A stretch of 64,000 nt of DNA from Chloroflexota bacterium (lineage in GTDB: Bacteria; Chloroflexota; UBA11872; VXNJ01), in NCBI GenBank assembly GCA_965261345.1, contig OZ253449.1, forward strand, positions 1,216,001-1,280,000. Reading direction: 5' to 3'. Of this stretch, positions 27,160-37,155 are shown in pieces. The notes beneath the pieces were generated by a model. The model worked only from the letters and a program-made list of their open reading frames with translations. It was not told the DNA's origin and searched no databases. The number at the start of each line of letters is the position of its first letter. Position 1 is the stretch's first letter. Both the position numbers and the translations under genes were made by a program.

Positions 27160-29618
27160 GGAATCTTGGCCAGCTCGATGACCGCGGGGCCGGGCACCCC
27201 CAGATCGTCGGCGGCCCGGGCAAAATGACCAACTACCTGGTCGTGGCAGGTAAAGCAGAGCAGTTGATTGCCGGCGCTGAGCCGGGTGAGGGCGCGGGCC
27301 GCTCGGGCCGCCCGCACTGAATCGAAGTTGACCAGGATTTCGTCGACCGCCACCGGAAGCGGCTGGGCGCGCCGCGAGAGCTCCTCGATTAGGCCGAAAC
27401 GCAGTGCCAGGAACAGCTGTTCGCGGGTGCCGCGGCTCAGCTGGGCCGGTTCGCGGCGGGATCCGCGGTCGTTAACTACCGCGATCGTTTCCGATCCCAG
27501 CGGCGCCACCACCTGCGGGTAGCGTCCGTCGGTCAGGTCGGCAAATACCGCCTGGGCGGCGCGGATGATGCCCGGTTGGCGCTCCTGCTCGTATCGCGCT
27601 CGGGCCTGCGCCAACAGGCGTTCGGCCAGGGTGAGAACGACCCATTCGCGCGCCGCGTCCTGGAACTGCGAGTCCAGCAGCGACCTCTCCTGGACCAGTC
27701 GATCGGACTCGTTCTCGCCAGCCAGCTGCTCCAATTCGGCCGCGCGCACCCGCCGGTCGACCGCATTTTCGGCCAGCTCGTCGGCTATGGCTTGCGCTGC
27801 GGCCGCAGCGCAAGCCAATTCACGCTCGATTTCGGCCGGACCGGTCGCTTCCAGGCTCGCCAGCAGCCGATCCAGGTCCTGATCCGGGCCGACCCGACGC
27901 TGCAGTCGCTGCTTTAACCGGCGGCGGCGCTCGGTTAGGGTCTGGTGCTGGTCACGGTTGCGGGACCGCTTCGTCCGGGACCGGTCGGCCAGGTCGATTA
28001 GCTCGTCGGCTACCCGCGCCAGGTCCCGATGATCCTCGCGATCGTGGGGAATGGCGAACCGTTCGGCCAGGCTGCTAACCTGGTCGGAAAATTCGGCGAT
28101 GTCGCGCTCGATCGCCTGGATGCGCCGGCGCCAGCTGTCCACATTGGCAAGTTCGGTCCGGGCGCGTTCGGCCAATGCTCGCAGCTGCCTGGCCGCCCGC
28201 GGCGATACCGACGCATCCAGCCCGTTGGCCTGGCTCCACGCGTGTCCGGCGGCAATCGCTGAGCGGTGGGTGGCCGCGGCCTGGTCGACCCGCTGGCGCA
28301 GCCGGCCCAATGCGCGCTGGCGCGCGCTCCGACGGACTATCCAGGTTGCGGCCAGCGCCAGCAGCAACGATCCGGCCAGGCCGGCCGCCGGTCCAGGCGA
28401 GATCGCTCCCAAATTGAGCGCGATCGAAATAAAAACCGCCGCCCCCAGAAGGCCGCTGGCCAGGGCAATGCTGGCCGCAACCGGCCAGCGGCGCACCCGC
28501 GGTTCGGCGATCGTTTCCTTAGTAGATCCGGCAAGCTGGCGGTAGATTGCCCGCCGGGTGGCCAGCTCGGCGCCGGCGCGCTCGATACGATCTGCCAGGC
28601 CGGCGGCCTGGCCCAACTGGTCGGGGTTGATCGCAAAGCGGGCGACCCGATCCGGGTCCCACTCCGGTCCCAGCTCGGCCAGCGCCCGGTCGCAGGCGCC
28701 CTTGTGGGCGGCCAGCTCGCTTTGGCGTTGCGGCAGGTCGCGAATCGACCCGTCAAAAGCCGAGCGCTGCCGCTGCAGCGCTCGGATCGCCAAGTCATGG
28801 GAATCTGGCGGTTCGCCTAAAAGCGCGTCGTTTGATTCCAGCCGTGTGAGCTCCTCCCCGGTGTGGCGAAGGTTGACAAAGTCCTCCCAGGCCTGGTCCA
28901 GGTTTTGCCAGCGCCGCTGCCGGGCCACCAGATCCTTGGCCCGCGCATCCAACCCGGATCGCGCCTGATCAAGCCCCCTTAATTCGCCGGTAAGCTGACC
29001 GAAGCGGCGAGCCTGATTGGCCGATTTCTGCAGGTCCTGATCCAGGGTGTCAAGCTGGCTGCGGAGCCGCACCAGGCGATGGCTGCGGCCGCGCCGCGAG
29101 TAGATGTCCTTTTTCTGTTTGTCCAGTGTGGTCAGGGCGGTGGGCAGATTGCGCTCGCCCACCCCGGCGCTGTAGATCTGGCGGTTTACGCTCTCATCCT
29201 TGAGCAGGTCGTCGCTGTGCAACTCATCGAGGGTGAACGCAAAGAGGTTGCTAAACACCGTTTCGCCCTGGCCGCCCAGGGCTTGGACCAGGCGCTCTTG
29301 CCCAACGATCTGGCCCGCGCCGTCGGTTATCCGGACCGGACCGAGACCTGGGCCGGCAAAACGCTCCACCACCAGCTTTTGACCCTGCTCGTCCAAGATT
29401 GCAACCCGTCCGCCGTGGCGTCCACCTTGCAGGGCCGGGTAGTGGCGGTCCTTGCGGGTCCGGGGAAAACCGAACAGAACCGCCCGGATAAATTCCAGGA
29501 CGGTGCTCTTGCCGGCCTCATTGGGACCGAAAAAGACCGTAACCGGGCGCTCCAGCGGCCCGACGGCCGCATCGTGGAAACGGCCGAAACCATCGATGCG
29601 GAACGATTCAATGCGCAT
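27156..29618 (-). CDS. YhaN/SbcE-like SMC/Rad50-type ATPase (AAA_27) with a central hydrophobic hairpin
   Basis: N-terminal GFG.F, Walker A GPNEAGKST, long coiled coils, signature LSRGTREQLFLALR, Walker B VDEILVNFD and H-loop FTCH. Confidence 0.9.
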   Translation of the reverse strand: MRIESFRIDGFGRFHDAAVGPLERPVTVFFGPNEAGKSTVLEFIRAVLFGFPRTRKDRHYPALQGGRHGGRVAILDEQGQKLVVERFAGPGLGPVRITDGAGQIVGQERLVQALGGQGETVFSNLFAFTLDELHSDDLLKDESVNRQIYSAGVGERNLPTALTTLDKQKKDIYSRRGRSHRLVRLRSQLDTLDQDLQKSANQARRFGQLTGELRGLDQARSGLDARAKDLVARQRRWQNLDQAWEDFVNLRHTGEELTRLESNDALLGEPPDSHDLAIRALQRQRSAFDGSIRDLPQRQSELAAHKGACDRALAELGPEWDPDRVARFAINPDQLGQAAGLADRIERAGAELATRRAIYRQLAGSTKETIAEPRVRRWPVAASIALASGLLGAAVFISIALNLGAISPGPAAGLAGSLLLALAATWIVRRSARQRALGRLRQRVDQAAATHRSAIAAGHAWSQANGLDASVSPRAARQLRALAERARTELANVDSWRRRIQAIERDIAEFSDQVSSLAERFAIPHDREDHRDLARVADELIDLADRSRTKRSRNRDQHQTLTERRRRLKQRLQRRVGPDQDLDRLLASLEATGPAEIERELACAAAAAQAIADELAENAVDRRVRAAELEQLAGENESDRLVQERSLLDSQFQDAAREWVVLTLAERLLAQARARYEQERQPGIIRAAQAVFADLTDGRYPQVVAPLGSETIAVVNDRGSRREPAQLSRGTREQLFLALRFGLIEELSRRAQPLPVAVDEILVNFDSVRAARAARALTRLSAGNQLLCFTCHDQVVGHFARAADDLGVPGPAVIELAKIP

Positions 29619-29624
29619 CCTGTC

Positions 29625-30872
29625 CTACTCCTCGAGCAGGTCCAGGGCCCGGATCTCGGCCTCGACCAGCAATGCCGCCAACTCGCCGCGTTCGGGCCCG
29701 GGGGCAAGCTGGCGGCGATAGGAATCGTTGCCGTAGAGTTCGCCCAATGCCTCCTCCAAACCGGGCAGCTCCTCCGGGCACCGGGCGTACTGCTCTGACA
29801 GTTCCAACAGATCGGCGACCAGATCGTTTCCCTGGCGGCGGGCCGGTCGGTCGAACGGCGGGCGGCTCTTGACCACGATGCGATCGCACCATATCGGGGC
29901 GGGGCCTTGCAGCTGCGAGTTGAGGTCGTCGCGCAGGTCGCCGATCAAACTGGGGTGGGAGAGCTCGCGATGCAGGTCGCCGCTGCCTTCCAGTTCGATC
30001 CGGCAGATCATGGGCCGGCCCTGGAGTGGCTCGATCATGGCCCGCAGGCGGGCGAGCAGCTCGCGGCTTAGATCGGCCGGGCCGACGAGGCCGGCGATGT
30101 CGACCGGCAGCGATTCGAAGCGGACGCAGTCGGTGGCCCGAAATTGGGCATTTACCCCGCCCAGTTGGTCGAGCTCTACCAGATAGACGCCCTTGGCCCC
30201 GGTCTGACTCCAGCGCAGGCCCTGCGGGCATCCCGGATAGACCACCCAGGGATCGCGCGCAAGCACCTGGCGGAGGTGGACATGCCCAAGCGCCCAATAG
30301 GCGACCCCGCGACCGCGGAAGTCACCCAGTAGACACGGGGCGAATCCGGCCTCGCCGGCCTCGCTGCCAACCCAGCAGTGAATAAGCCCGATGGCCAACT
30401 GCCCGGGCGGAACCGGCGGAACCAGGCGGACCAGATTGTCCGGACAGGCGGCGTGCTGGTAGGAGGCCCCGTAGACCCAGACCCGATTTGGATCGGCGGG
30501 CAGCAGCGGGGCCATCTCCAGCTTGGGGCCGAAGCGGTGGCAACCCGGCGGGAACTCCAAACCGGCGTCCCAGCCGTCGAGCGGATCATGATTTCCGCAG
30601 ATAACCAGCGACCGGATGCCGGCGCCCTCAAGCTTTTGCAGGCCGGCAACAAACCGCCGCTGGGCGCGCAGGCTGCGACTGGCATCATCGTAGGCGTCGC
30701 CGGCGACCAGGACTGCGTCGACCCGCTCGGCTATCGCCAGTTGGACGATGTTGTCCCAGGCGCCAAAAGGGGCCTCGACCAGCGCCGCCGCCAGCTCGGC
30801 CGGCAAACGCGATGAGAGGCCGCTAAACGGGGCCTGCAGATGCAGATCGGCGGCGTGGATGAAGCGGATCAT
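29625..30872 (-). CDS. YhaO/SbcD/Mre11-like metallophosphoesterase nuclease
   Basis: Motifs HAADLH, AGDAYD, GNHD, GLIH, ALGHVH and YPG.PQG. Confidence 0.92.
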   Translation of the reverse strand: MIRFIHAADLHLQAPFSGLSSRLPAELAAALVEAPFGAWDNIVQLAIAERVDAVLVAGDAYDDASRSLRAQRRFVAGLQKLEGAGIRSLVICGNHDPLDGWDAGLEFPPGCHRFGPKLEMAPLLPADPNRVWVYGASYQHAACPDNLVRLVPPVPPGQLAIGLIHCWVGSEAGEAGFAPCLLGDFRGRGVAYWALGHVHLRQVLARDPWVVYPGCPQGLRWSQTGAKGVYLVELDQLGGVNAQFRATDCVRFESLPVDIAGLVGPADLSRELLARLRAMIEPLQGRPMICRIELEGSGDLHRELSHPSLIGDLRDDLNSQLQGPAPIWCDRIVVKSRPPFDRPARRQGNDLVADLLELSEQYARCPEELPGLEEALGELYGNDSYRRQLAPGPERGELAALLVEAEIRALDLLEE

Positions 30873-30939
30873 CGCGTGCCGGCCGACCCGGTGCGCGGAC
30901 CGGGGGCGCGCCGGAGCGATCGCTGCCTGCCGACCGTAA

Positions 30940-31890
30940 TTACTCTGGCACCGGCGCGCCCTGGCGCCAGGCCTCCACGTCGTCTAGGAAATTGGGCGGG
31001 ACCTGCGACTCGAGCGCGGTGATAAACCCCTCCGGCAGCGGCGGCAAAGCCGCAACTGCCGCCGACCTGACCTCTGCTGGAGCGATAGCCCCGGCGCAGG
31101 TAACGTCGACCAGGTCCGACGAGGTCGAGAAGGCCACCGCGGCCTGGGCCAGCGGAATGCCGAAGCGTTCGCACACTGCCGCCGCCGCCAGCGCCCGCGC
31201 CCGCGAGGCGGCGGGAGCCCGCTGGTAGGCGTGGGTGACTGCGGGCGACGAAGGATCGGCAAGCAGGCCGCTGCCAAACGGGGCGGCATTGACGATCCCC
31301 AGGCCCAGCTGGCGGGCACGCTCAAACAAGCCTGCCGCCGCACGATCTAGCAGGGTGTAGCGGTTATGGCTCAGGAAGCAGTCGAACTGCCCGGTTTCCA
31401 GGTAGCGGGCGATCAGCTCGACCGGCCCGCCGGAGACCCCGATGCAGTCGACCAGACCCTGGTCGCGAAACTCGGCCAGCGCCCGGAAGGCACCATTCAT
31501 TACATCGTCGAATTGGGCCAGTTCGACATCGTGGATCAACGCGATCGAAACCCGTTCCACCCCCAGCCGTTCCAGGCTCACCGGCAGGCAGGCCCGGGCC
31601 TGCTCGTAGGAATAGTCAAATTCCGGTGGGCGGTGGCCGATCTTGGTCTCCAGCACCAGGTCGTTTGGGACCTGGTCGGCCAGCTGGGCCAGAGCGATTC
31701 CGATCCGCTCCTCGGAATCGCCGTACAACGGGGCGGTGTCGATGAAATTTATCCCCTGGGCAAAGACCTCGGCCACAACTTCGACCGCTTGGTCGATGCC
31801 GCTGGTTCCGCGCCCGCGGGCGAGCCGCCCGCCGCCCAGGGCCAGCGGGGTGACCATGAGGGCGGTATTGCCAAACGGGCGACGCTGCAT
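30940..31890 (-). CDS. Aldo/keto reductase (aldose 1-dehydrogenase-like)
   Basis: Catalytic tetrad motifs DTAPLYG.SE, TK.G, SLERLG and IHD. Confidence 0.9.
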   Translation of the reverse strand: MQRRPFGNTALMVTPLALGGGRLARGRGTSGIDQAVEVVAEVFAQGINFIDTAPLYGDSEERIGIALAQLADQVPNDLVLETKIGHRPPEFDYSYEQARACLPVSLERLGVERVSIALIHDVELAQFDDVMNGAFRALAEFRDQGLVDCIGVSGGPVELIARYLETGQFDCFLSHNRYTLLDRAAAGLFERARQLGLGIVNAAPFGSGLLADPSSPAVTHAYQRAPAASRARALAAAAVCERFGIPLAQAAVAFSTSSDLVDVTCAGAIAPAEVRSAAVAALPPLPEGFITALESQVPPNFLDDVEAWRQGAPVPE

Positions 31891-31933
31891 CTTGGTTGCT
31901 TCTACTTTGTGAGCCTGGCCGGCCGGCGTCGGA

Positions 31934-32908
31934 TCATTCGGGGATGTCTTGCTCGTCGGTGATGATCTTGCCGATTTGCCGCATCTGCTTGACCAGCGAG
32001 ATCATCTTCCCGTAGTGGAAGTCGCGCAGCGCGGCCGGATCGCCGTGCCAGGAGTGAAATCCCTGCCCGGCGCGAACCCCGTCCTTGCCCTCGCTGGCCA
32101 TTGTCGCCAGCCGCTCGGCGGCCAAATCGCCCTGGCCATCGAGCTCGGCGTAGAGGTAGGAGGCGACCTTGGAGTGGTTGATGATCCCGCCAAGGTCGCG
32201 CCCGCCCAGTGGCCCCACCGAGATGAAGCGCGCTCCGAACCCGTAGCGGACCGCGTTGTCGATGTCCTCGGCCGAGGCGATTCCGGTCTCATGCAGTTCA
32301 ATCGCCTGGCGGGTCAGGGAGTGCTGGAGGCGGTTGGCCACGAATCCAGGGATATCAACATTGACGGTGATTGGCGTTTTGCCCATTCGCTCCCAGGCGG
32401 TTCGGGTGGTGCTGATGGCCTTTTCGTCAACCTCGGGGTGCTTGATCACCTCGACCAATGGCAGGATGTGGGCCGGCAGCACGAAGTGCGAACCGACCAC
32501 GCGGCCGGGGTGGGCGCAGACCCTGGCCATGTGGCGGATCGGGATTCCCGAGGTGTTGGAGGCGATGATCGTGGTCGGATCGGTGATTTCCCCGAGCTGG
32601 CGGTAGAGTTCCTCCTTGGCCTGCCGGTTCTCAAAGATCGCCTCCAGGATAAATTCGGCCCCATCAACCGCCGCGGCGAGCGAATCGGCCGGCCTGATCC
32701 GTGAGTGGACCTCGTCGGGATCTCCGACCAGGAGATCTTCGCGGTCCAACTCGTCGATGTAGCTGCGCATGTCGGTTAGCGCGCGCTGCACGTTGGCGGG
32801 GTTCTGGTCATAGACCTTGACCTCGCCGCAGTGCTGGGCCATCACCACCCCTATCTGCGGGCCGACCAGGCCGGCGCCGATCAGGGTAGCGTGATCAAAT
32901 ACGGACAT
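31934..32908 (-). CDS. 3-hydroxyacyl-CoA dehydrogenase family NAD-dependent dehydrogenase
   Basis: Motifs GAGLVG, EAIFE...K, ASNTSG, HF..P...PLVE and PGFVANRLQ. Confidence 0.9.
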   Translation of the reverse strand: MSVFDHATLIGAGLVGPQIGVVMAQHCGEVKVYDQNPANVQRALTDMRSYIDELDREDLLVGDPDEVHSRIRPADSLAAAVDGAEFILEAIFENRQAKEELYRQLGEITDPTTIIASNTSGIPIRHMARVCAHPGRVVGSHFVLPAHILPLVEVIKHPEVDEKAISTTRTAWERMGKTPITVNVDIPGFVANRLQHSLTRQAIELHETGIASAEDIDNAVRYGFGARFISVGPLGGRDLGGIINHSKVASYLYAELDGQGDLAAERLATMASEGKDGVRAGQGFHSWHGDPAALRDFHYGKMISLVKQMRQIGKIITDEQDIPE

Positions 32909-33038
32909 CGGTGAAATCCTTGCGGTTTGGCGGGATGTTCGTCCCGCCGCCGTCGTTGGCAGGTTGCGGTGACCGGTCCGGTTGCCGCTTTGGATAGTTG
33001 CTTCCGCCTAAATTTTCAACTGCCGCGGCAAAACCGGA

Positions 33039-34328
33039 TCAGGGGAGCCCGGCGGCGCTCCGTGCCACGAATTCCCAGTAGCTTTGCGGCGGCTCGACCG
33101 GACCGCCCAGGATGGGGTCGCCGGTCCCGGCCAGATGGGCCTGCAGCTGCCGTGCGAGGCCGGCTTGAACCTCCTGCCAGTCATCTTCGCCGGCCAGGTT
33201 TTCGGCCTCGCCGGGGTCGGCTGCCAGGTCGTAAAGCTCATATTCGGGGCGCTGGTGCGAGCGCAGCTGCCAACGCATATACGGGACGATCGGCGACTGC
33301 TGGATGTCGCCGGCCAGCTGCAGTCCGGGCCGGACCTCGAAGTTGCGGATCAGCTTGTGGCGCCCCGTCCGAATCGACCGCATCGGCTCGTAGAAATCGT
33401 GCCAGGTCAATTCGCAGTAGACGCGCTCACGCGGCCGATGCCGGTCGCCCGCGATGCCGGACCAGAAACTGATCCCGTCCAGCCCGGCGGGTACCGCCGG
33501 GCCCCCGGCGGCTTCGAGGAAGGTGGGCAGCAGATCGAGATTGGAGGTAAGTTCCCGGTAACGGGCGCCCGCCGGCAGTTGGCCGGGGTAGCGCAGGATG
33601 CCGGCGATGTGGCTGCCGCGGTCGTAGAGTGTCCCTTTGGCCAGCGGCATCGCGATCCCGTGGTCGGCGGTGAACATGACCAGGGTCGATTCTTCCAGGC
33701 CGCAGGCCGCCAGGGTATCCAGGATCGCCCCCAGGGACTGATCGGCGCGCGCCACGTCCCCGTAGAAGTTGGACATCTCCAGGCGGGATTCGGGGATATC
33801 GGGCAGGTAGTCGGGCACGCTGAGCCGATCGGGATCGGGCCGATCGGGCCAGCAGTCGGTAAAGTCGCGGTGCGGTTCGAAGAACCCGGCCATCGCAAAG
33901 AACGGGCGGCCATTGCCGCGGTGGCGCAGATAGGACTCCAGATTGGTCGCCACCGTTTCGCAGCGGCTCTCGGGGTCAAATACGTCAAAACCCGATGCGT
34001 AGGGCCGGTCGTTGACGTGCCAAACCCCAAAGCAGGCGGTGTCGTAGCCGGCCTCGCGCAGCAGCCCGGGGATGGTTGGGATCGATTCGTCCATGTTCCA
34101 GATCGCACCGTTCTGCAGGCCCATTAAGCCGTGACGGTGGGGCACCAGCCCGGTGACCATCGACGCCCGCGAGGGCGAGCAGGTCGGGGCGGCGGCAAAA
34201 TGCCGGTCCAGCACCACTCCTTCGGCGGCCAATCGGTCGGCCTGTGGGGTGATCGCGCAATTGCCCGGGTAGGGACCCAGGTAGGTGCCAAGGTCGTGGC
34301 AATGGACGAGCAGGATGTTGGGTCGCAT
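33039..34328 (-). CDS. Cys-type (formylglycine-dependent) sulfatase, N-sulfoglucosamine sulfohydrolase-like
   Basis: Motifs PNILL..CHDLG, CSPSRAS..TG, EPHR, ADHG, KGTLYD.G and ELYDL..DP.E..NL. Confidence 0.92.
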   Translation of the reverse strand: MRPNILLVHCHDLGTYLGPYPGNCAITPQADRLAAEGVVLDRHFAAAPTCSPSRASMVTGLVPHRHGLMGLQNGAIWNMDESIPTIPGLLREAGYDTACFGVWHVNDRPYASGFDVFDPESRCETVATNLESYLRHRGNGRPFFAMAGFFEPHRDFTDCWPDRPDPDRLSVPDYLPDIPESRLEMSNFYGDVARADQSLGAILDTLAACGLEESTLVMFTADHGIAMPLAKGTLYDRGSHIAGILRYPGQLPAGARYRELTSNLDLLPTFLEAAGGPAVPAGLDGISFWSGIAGDRHRPRERVYCELTWHDFYEPMRSIRTGRHKLIRNFEVRPGLQLAGDIQQSPIVPYMRWQLRSHQRPEYELYDLAADPGEAENLAGEDDWQEVQAGLARQLQAHLAGTGDPILGGPVEPPQSYWEFVARSAAGLP

Positions 34329-34482
34329 TGGTACGGCTCCGGAAGTTTTTCCGCCCGCCCGGTTGCGGAAGCGCGGATTCTCAATAAATAATTGTTGCCC
34401 CGGTGCCGGCCTAAGGGAAATCCGAACCTCGGCGGGAGCCGGAGCGGACTGCTAACAGATCTAGGGGACGGGAGCAGCGACC

Positions 34483-36387
34483 ATGACGGCGATTGCGCCT
34501 GCGGGCCCGCTAATTGAGTTGGCCGAGTCCCAATCCGCCCGGCAGAAGCCGCTGCCGGTGGGAGCAGTGGTCCTTGAGGGCGGGTTCCTCTCCGACTGGC
34601 GGGATCCGATGCTGGCCGAGGGCATCGACCACCAATGGGACAGACTGCTCGCCGAGGGACTAATCGAGCGCTTCGAACTGGCCGCCGGCGGCCGGTCCCC
34701 GCCCGATCCGGGCAAGATCTTTGCCGGCGAGGCGCGCCTCTACAAGTGGTTGGAAGCGGCCTCCCAGCTTGAGGCGGTCGCACCGAACCGGCCGAATCGG
34801 ATGCGGATCGATCGGGCGATCACCTCAATCTGCGCGATAGCGGCCAGCGACGGCTACCACGGCCTTACCTACCCGGACGATTTGGCCGACCGGCGTTGGA
34901 TGGTGCGCCCCCGGGGGCACGAGCTTTTTGCGGCCGGTCACCTGATCCAGGCCGGGATTGTCCTGGAACGGACCCTGGGCGATCAGCGGCTTTTGCGCTG
35001 CGCGATCGCAATGGCCGACCTGATCGGGCGCAAGCTGCGGGTCGGTCAGCTGGCTGGCTATCTGGACCACCCCTGCTGCGAGATGGCCTTAGTCGAGCTC
35101 TGGCGGCACACCGGCGATCGTCGGCACCTGGAATCGGCGATCGGTCTGGTCGAGTTGGTCGTCGGTCAGGATTTGGAACAGGTGCGGGGCCACGCGGTCT
35201 GCGTTACCTACTTTGCCTGCGCCCTGGTCGATATCTATCTGGAGACCGGACAGCAAAAGTACTGGGATTGGGCCCGGCGCTGGTGGGATGATGTCGTCGG
35301 GCGCAATACCTACCTGACCGGGGCGGTGGGCGGAAGGATGGTCAGCGAGGCGGTCGGAAGGCCGTTTGAGCTGCCGCACGAGGGCGCCTATGCTGAATCC
35401 TGCGCGGCGATCGGAATGATGATGTGGGCGCAGCGAATGCTGTGCGCCAGTGATGACGGGAAATTCGCCGACCAGCTGGAAACCTGCCTTTACAACGCCG
35501 TGCTCGCCGGAGTCGAGCGCTCCGGAGAGGCTTATTTCTACGATTGCCCGCAGGCGTGCCTGGAGGCTGAATCCAACCCGCCGTGGGCCGAACGACAGCA
35601 TCTCGCCGGTCCCGGCTACCGGCAGCGCGAGGGCTGGTTTTTTGACCGCGTGGCCTGTTGCCCGCCCAACCTGGCGCGGGTGCTAAGCCAGCTGCCGGGT
35701 TACCTGTACGGCCAGTCCGACGGGCATCTGTGGATCCATCTGTACGCGCCCTCGCGAGTGGAGCTTGCCCTGCCATTTGGGCCATCGGCCGCCCTGCGGG
35801 TGCGAACCAACTATCCCTATGGGGGACAGATCGCAATCACCGTGGAGCGGGCCGGCCCCGCGTTTGCCGGTCTGCGGCTCAGGATTCCGGCCTGGTCCCG
35901 GGGGGCGGTGCTTTCAGTCAACGGCCAACCGGCGGCGACCGATATCGAATCGGGCTACGCCGTCTTGGCGGGCAATCTGGCCGCCGGTGACGAGATCATC
36001 CTGGAGCTGGCGATGCCGGTCGAACTCGCCCGCGCCAGCACCCGTCTGGTTGAGACTCGAGGGCAGGCCGCAATCGTTAGGGGCCCGCTCGTCTATTGCC
36101 TGGAGGGCCGCGACAATCCGGAACATGACCTCAGGGATCTGGCGCTGGCCCCGCACGCGGACCAGCGGGCTCAGCTGCGGGACGGCCCGCTGGGATCGAT
36201 CGGGATCACCCTGCCCGGCATCGCCTACCAACCGGACCCGGCACTCTATCGCCGGGCGGACCCGGAGGGCCGATTGCCCTCTGGTCGCAACTGCCAGCTG
36301 CTGGCGGTTCCCTATGCGCTGTGGGGCAATCGCGGGCCCGGGCAAATGGCAGTCTGGTCGCCCCAGGCCCAGACCGACCGCGCGTAA
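34483..36387 (+). CDS. Glycoside hydrolase family 127 (beta-L-arabinofuranosidase-like)
   Basis: Motifs YKWLEAAS, HEL..AGHLIQA, GHAV, TG.VG, AESCA and CCPPN (Zn-binding Glu/Cys set), plus RGPLVYC.E. Confidence 0.92.
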   Translation: MTAIAPAGPLIELAESQSARQKPLPVGAVVLEGGFLSDWRDPMLAEGIDHQWDRLLAEGLIERFELAAGGRSPPDPGKIFAGEARLYKWLEAASQLEAVAPNRPNRMRIDRAITSICAIAASDGYHGLTYPDDLADRRWMVRPRGHELFAAGHLIQAGIVLERTLGDQRLLRCAIAMADLIGRKLRVGQLAGYLDHPCCEMALVELWRHTGDRRHLESAIGLVELVVGQDLEQVRGHAVCVTYFACALVDIYLETGQQKYWDWARRWWDDVVGRNTYLTGAVGGRMVSEAVGRPFELPHEGAYAESCAAIGMMMWAQRMLCASDDGKFADQLETCLYNAVLAGVERSGEAYFYDCPQACLEAESNPPWAERQHLAGPGYRQREGWFFDRVACCPPNLARVLSQLPGYLYGQSDGHLWIHLYAPSRVELALPFGPSAALRVRTNYPYGGQIAITVERAGPAFAGLRLRIPAWSRGAVLSVNGQPAATDIESGYAVLAGNLAAGDEIILELAMPVELARASTRLVETRGQAAIVRGPLVYCLEGRDNPEHDLRDLALAPHADQRAQLRDGPLGSIGITLPGIAYQPDPALYRRADPEGRLPSGRNCQLLAVPYALWGNRGPGQMAVWSPQAQTDRA

Positions 36388-36446
36388 TGCGGCTCGCTTA
36401 GCGGAAACTGCAATCGCCACCGATACAAACCTTCATGTTTTAAGGA

Positions 36447-37025
36447 ATGACCATGCCAGTAACCGACGTCATCGCTAAGCGTCGCAGCGTCAATCGCCTC
36501 ACCGACCAGGTCCCGACCCGGGGCGCGATCGAAAAAATAATTGAGGCCGCACTCTGGGCGCCCAATCACCGTTTCACCCAGCCCTGGCGCTTCCAGATCA
36601 TTGCCGGAGAAGACCGGCAGCGGTTCGGCCAGGCTCTGGCCCGGGCCCAGGCGCGACGCCGTCCGCCCGACGGGTCAGCCGCCGAAGCGGCGCTGCAGAA
36701 AACCGCCGGACTTTTCCTGCGCGCCCCGCTGGTTATCGCCGTCTCGGTGGCGCGCTCGCCCGACCCGGTCCAGGACCTGGAGGACTACGGGGCGACCTGT
36801 GCGGCCATCCAGAACCTGCTGCTGGCGGCCTGGGATATCGGGATTGTGTCCAAATGGCGCACCGGCGCCGCCGCCCAGGACCCGGCCGCCCGAAGGTACT
36901 TGGGCCTGGGGGCGCGTGACCGAATCGCCGGGTTCATATATCTGGGGTATCCGGGGCTCGGTCCGATCCCGCCGGGGCGCGACCGCGACCGCGCCCGGAT
37001 CGAATGGCGATCGCTGGAGTCCTAG
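36447..37025 (+). CDS. Nitroreductase family protein (YdjA-like)
   Basis: Motifs RRSV, A.WAPNH..TQPWRF, AIQNLLLAA..G..S.WRTG and GFIYLG. Confidence 0.92.
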   Translation: MTMPVTDVIAKRRSVNRLTDQVPTRGAIEKIIEAALWAPNHRFTQPWRFQIIAGEDRQRFGQALARAQARRRPPDGSAAEAALQKTAGLFLRAPLVIAVSVARSPDPVQDLEDYGATCAAIQNLLLAAWDIGIVSKWRTGAAAQDPAARRYLGLGARDRIAGFIYLGYPGLGPIPPGRDRDRARIEWRSLES

Positions 37026-37050
37026 CCGCGAGTCCGCCTCCTACCAATTG

Positions 37051-37083
37051 AAAAAGGGAGCCTTCGAAAAGGCTCCCTTTTTT
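37051..37083. terminator. Bidirectional intrinsic terminator
   Basis: AAAAAGGGAGCCTT-CGAA-AAGGCTCCCTTTTTT: a perfect stem flanked by A and T runs, between convergent nitroreductase and amtB. Confidence 0.9.
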
Positions 37084-37100
37084 GCGGATTGGCGGGGGTA

Positions 37101-37142
37101 GCGGTGGCTGCGCGGCCGTTTACCGGTTGGCGCAGCCACCGC
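37101..37142 (-). terminator. Second hairpin downstream of amtB
   Basis: GCGGTGGCTGCGC...GCGCAGCCACCGC, a 13-bp inverted repeat just after the amtB stop. Confidence 0.5.
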
Positions 37143-37155
37143 AGGTCATAGTGAC

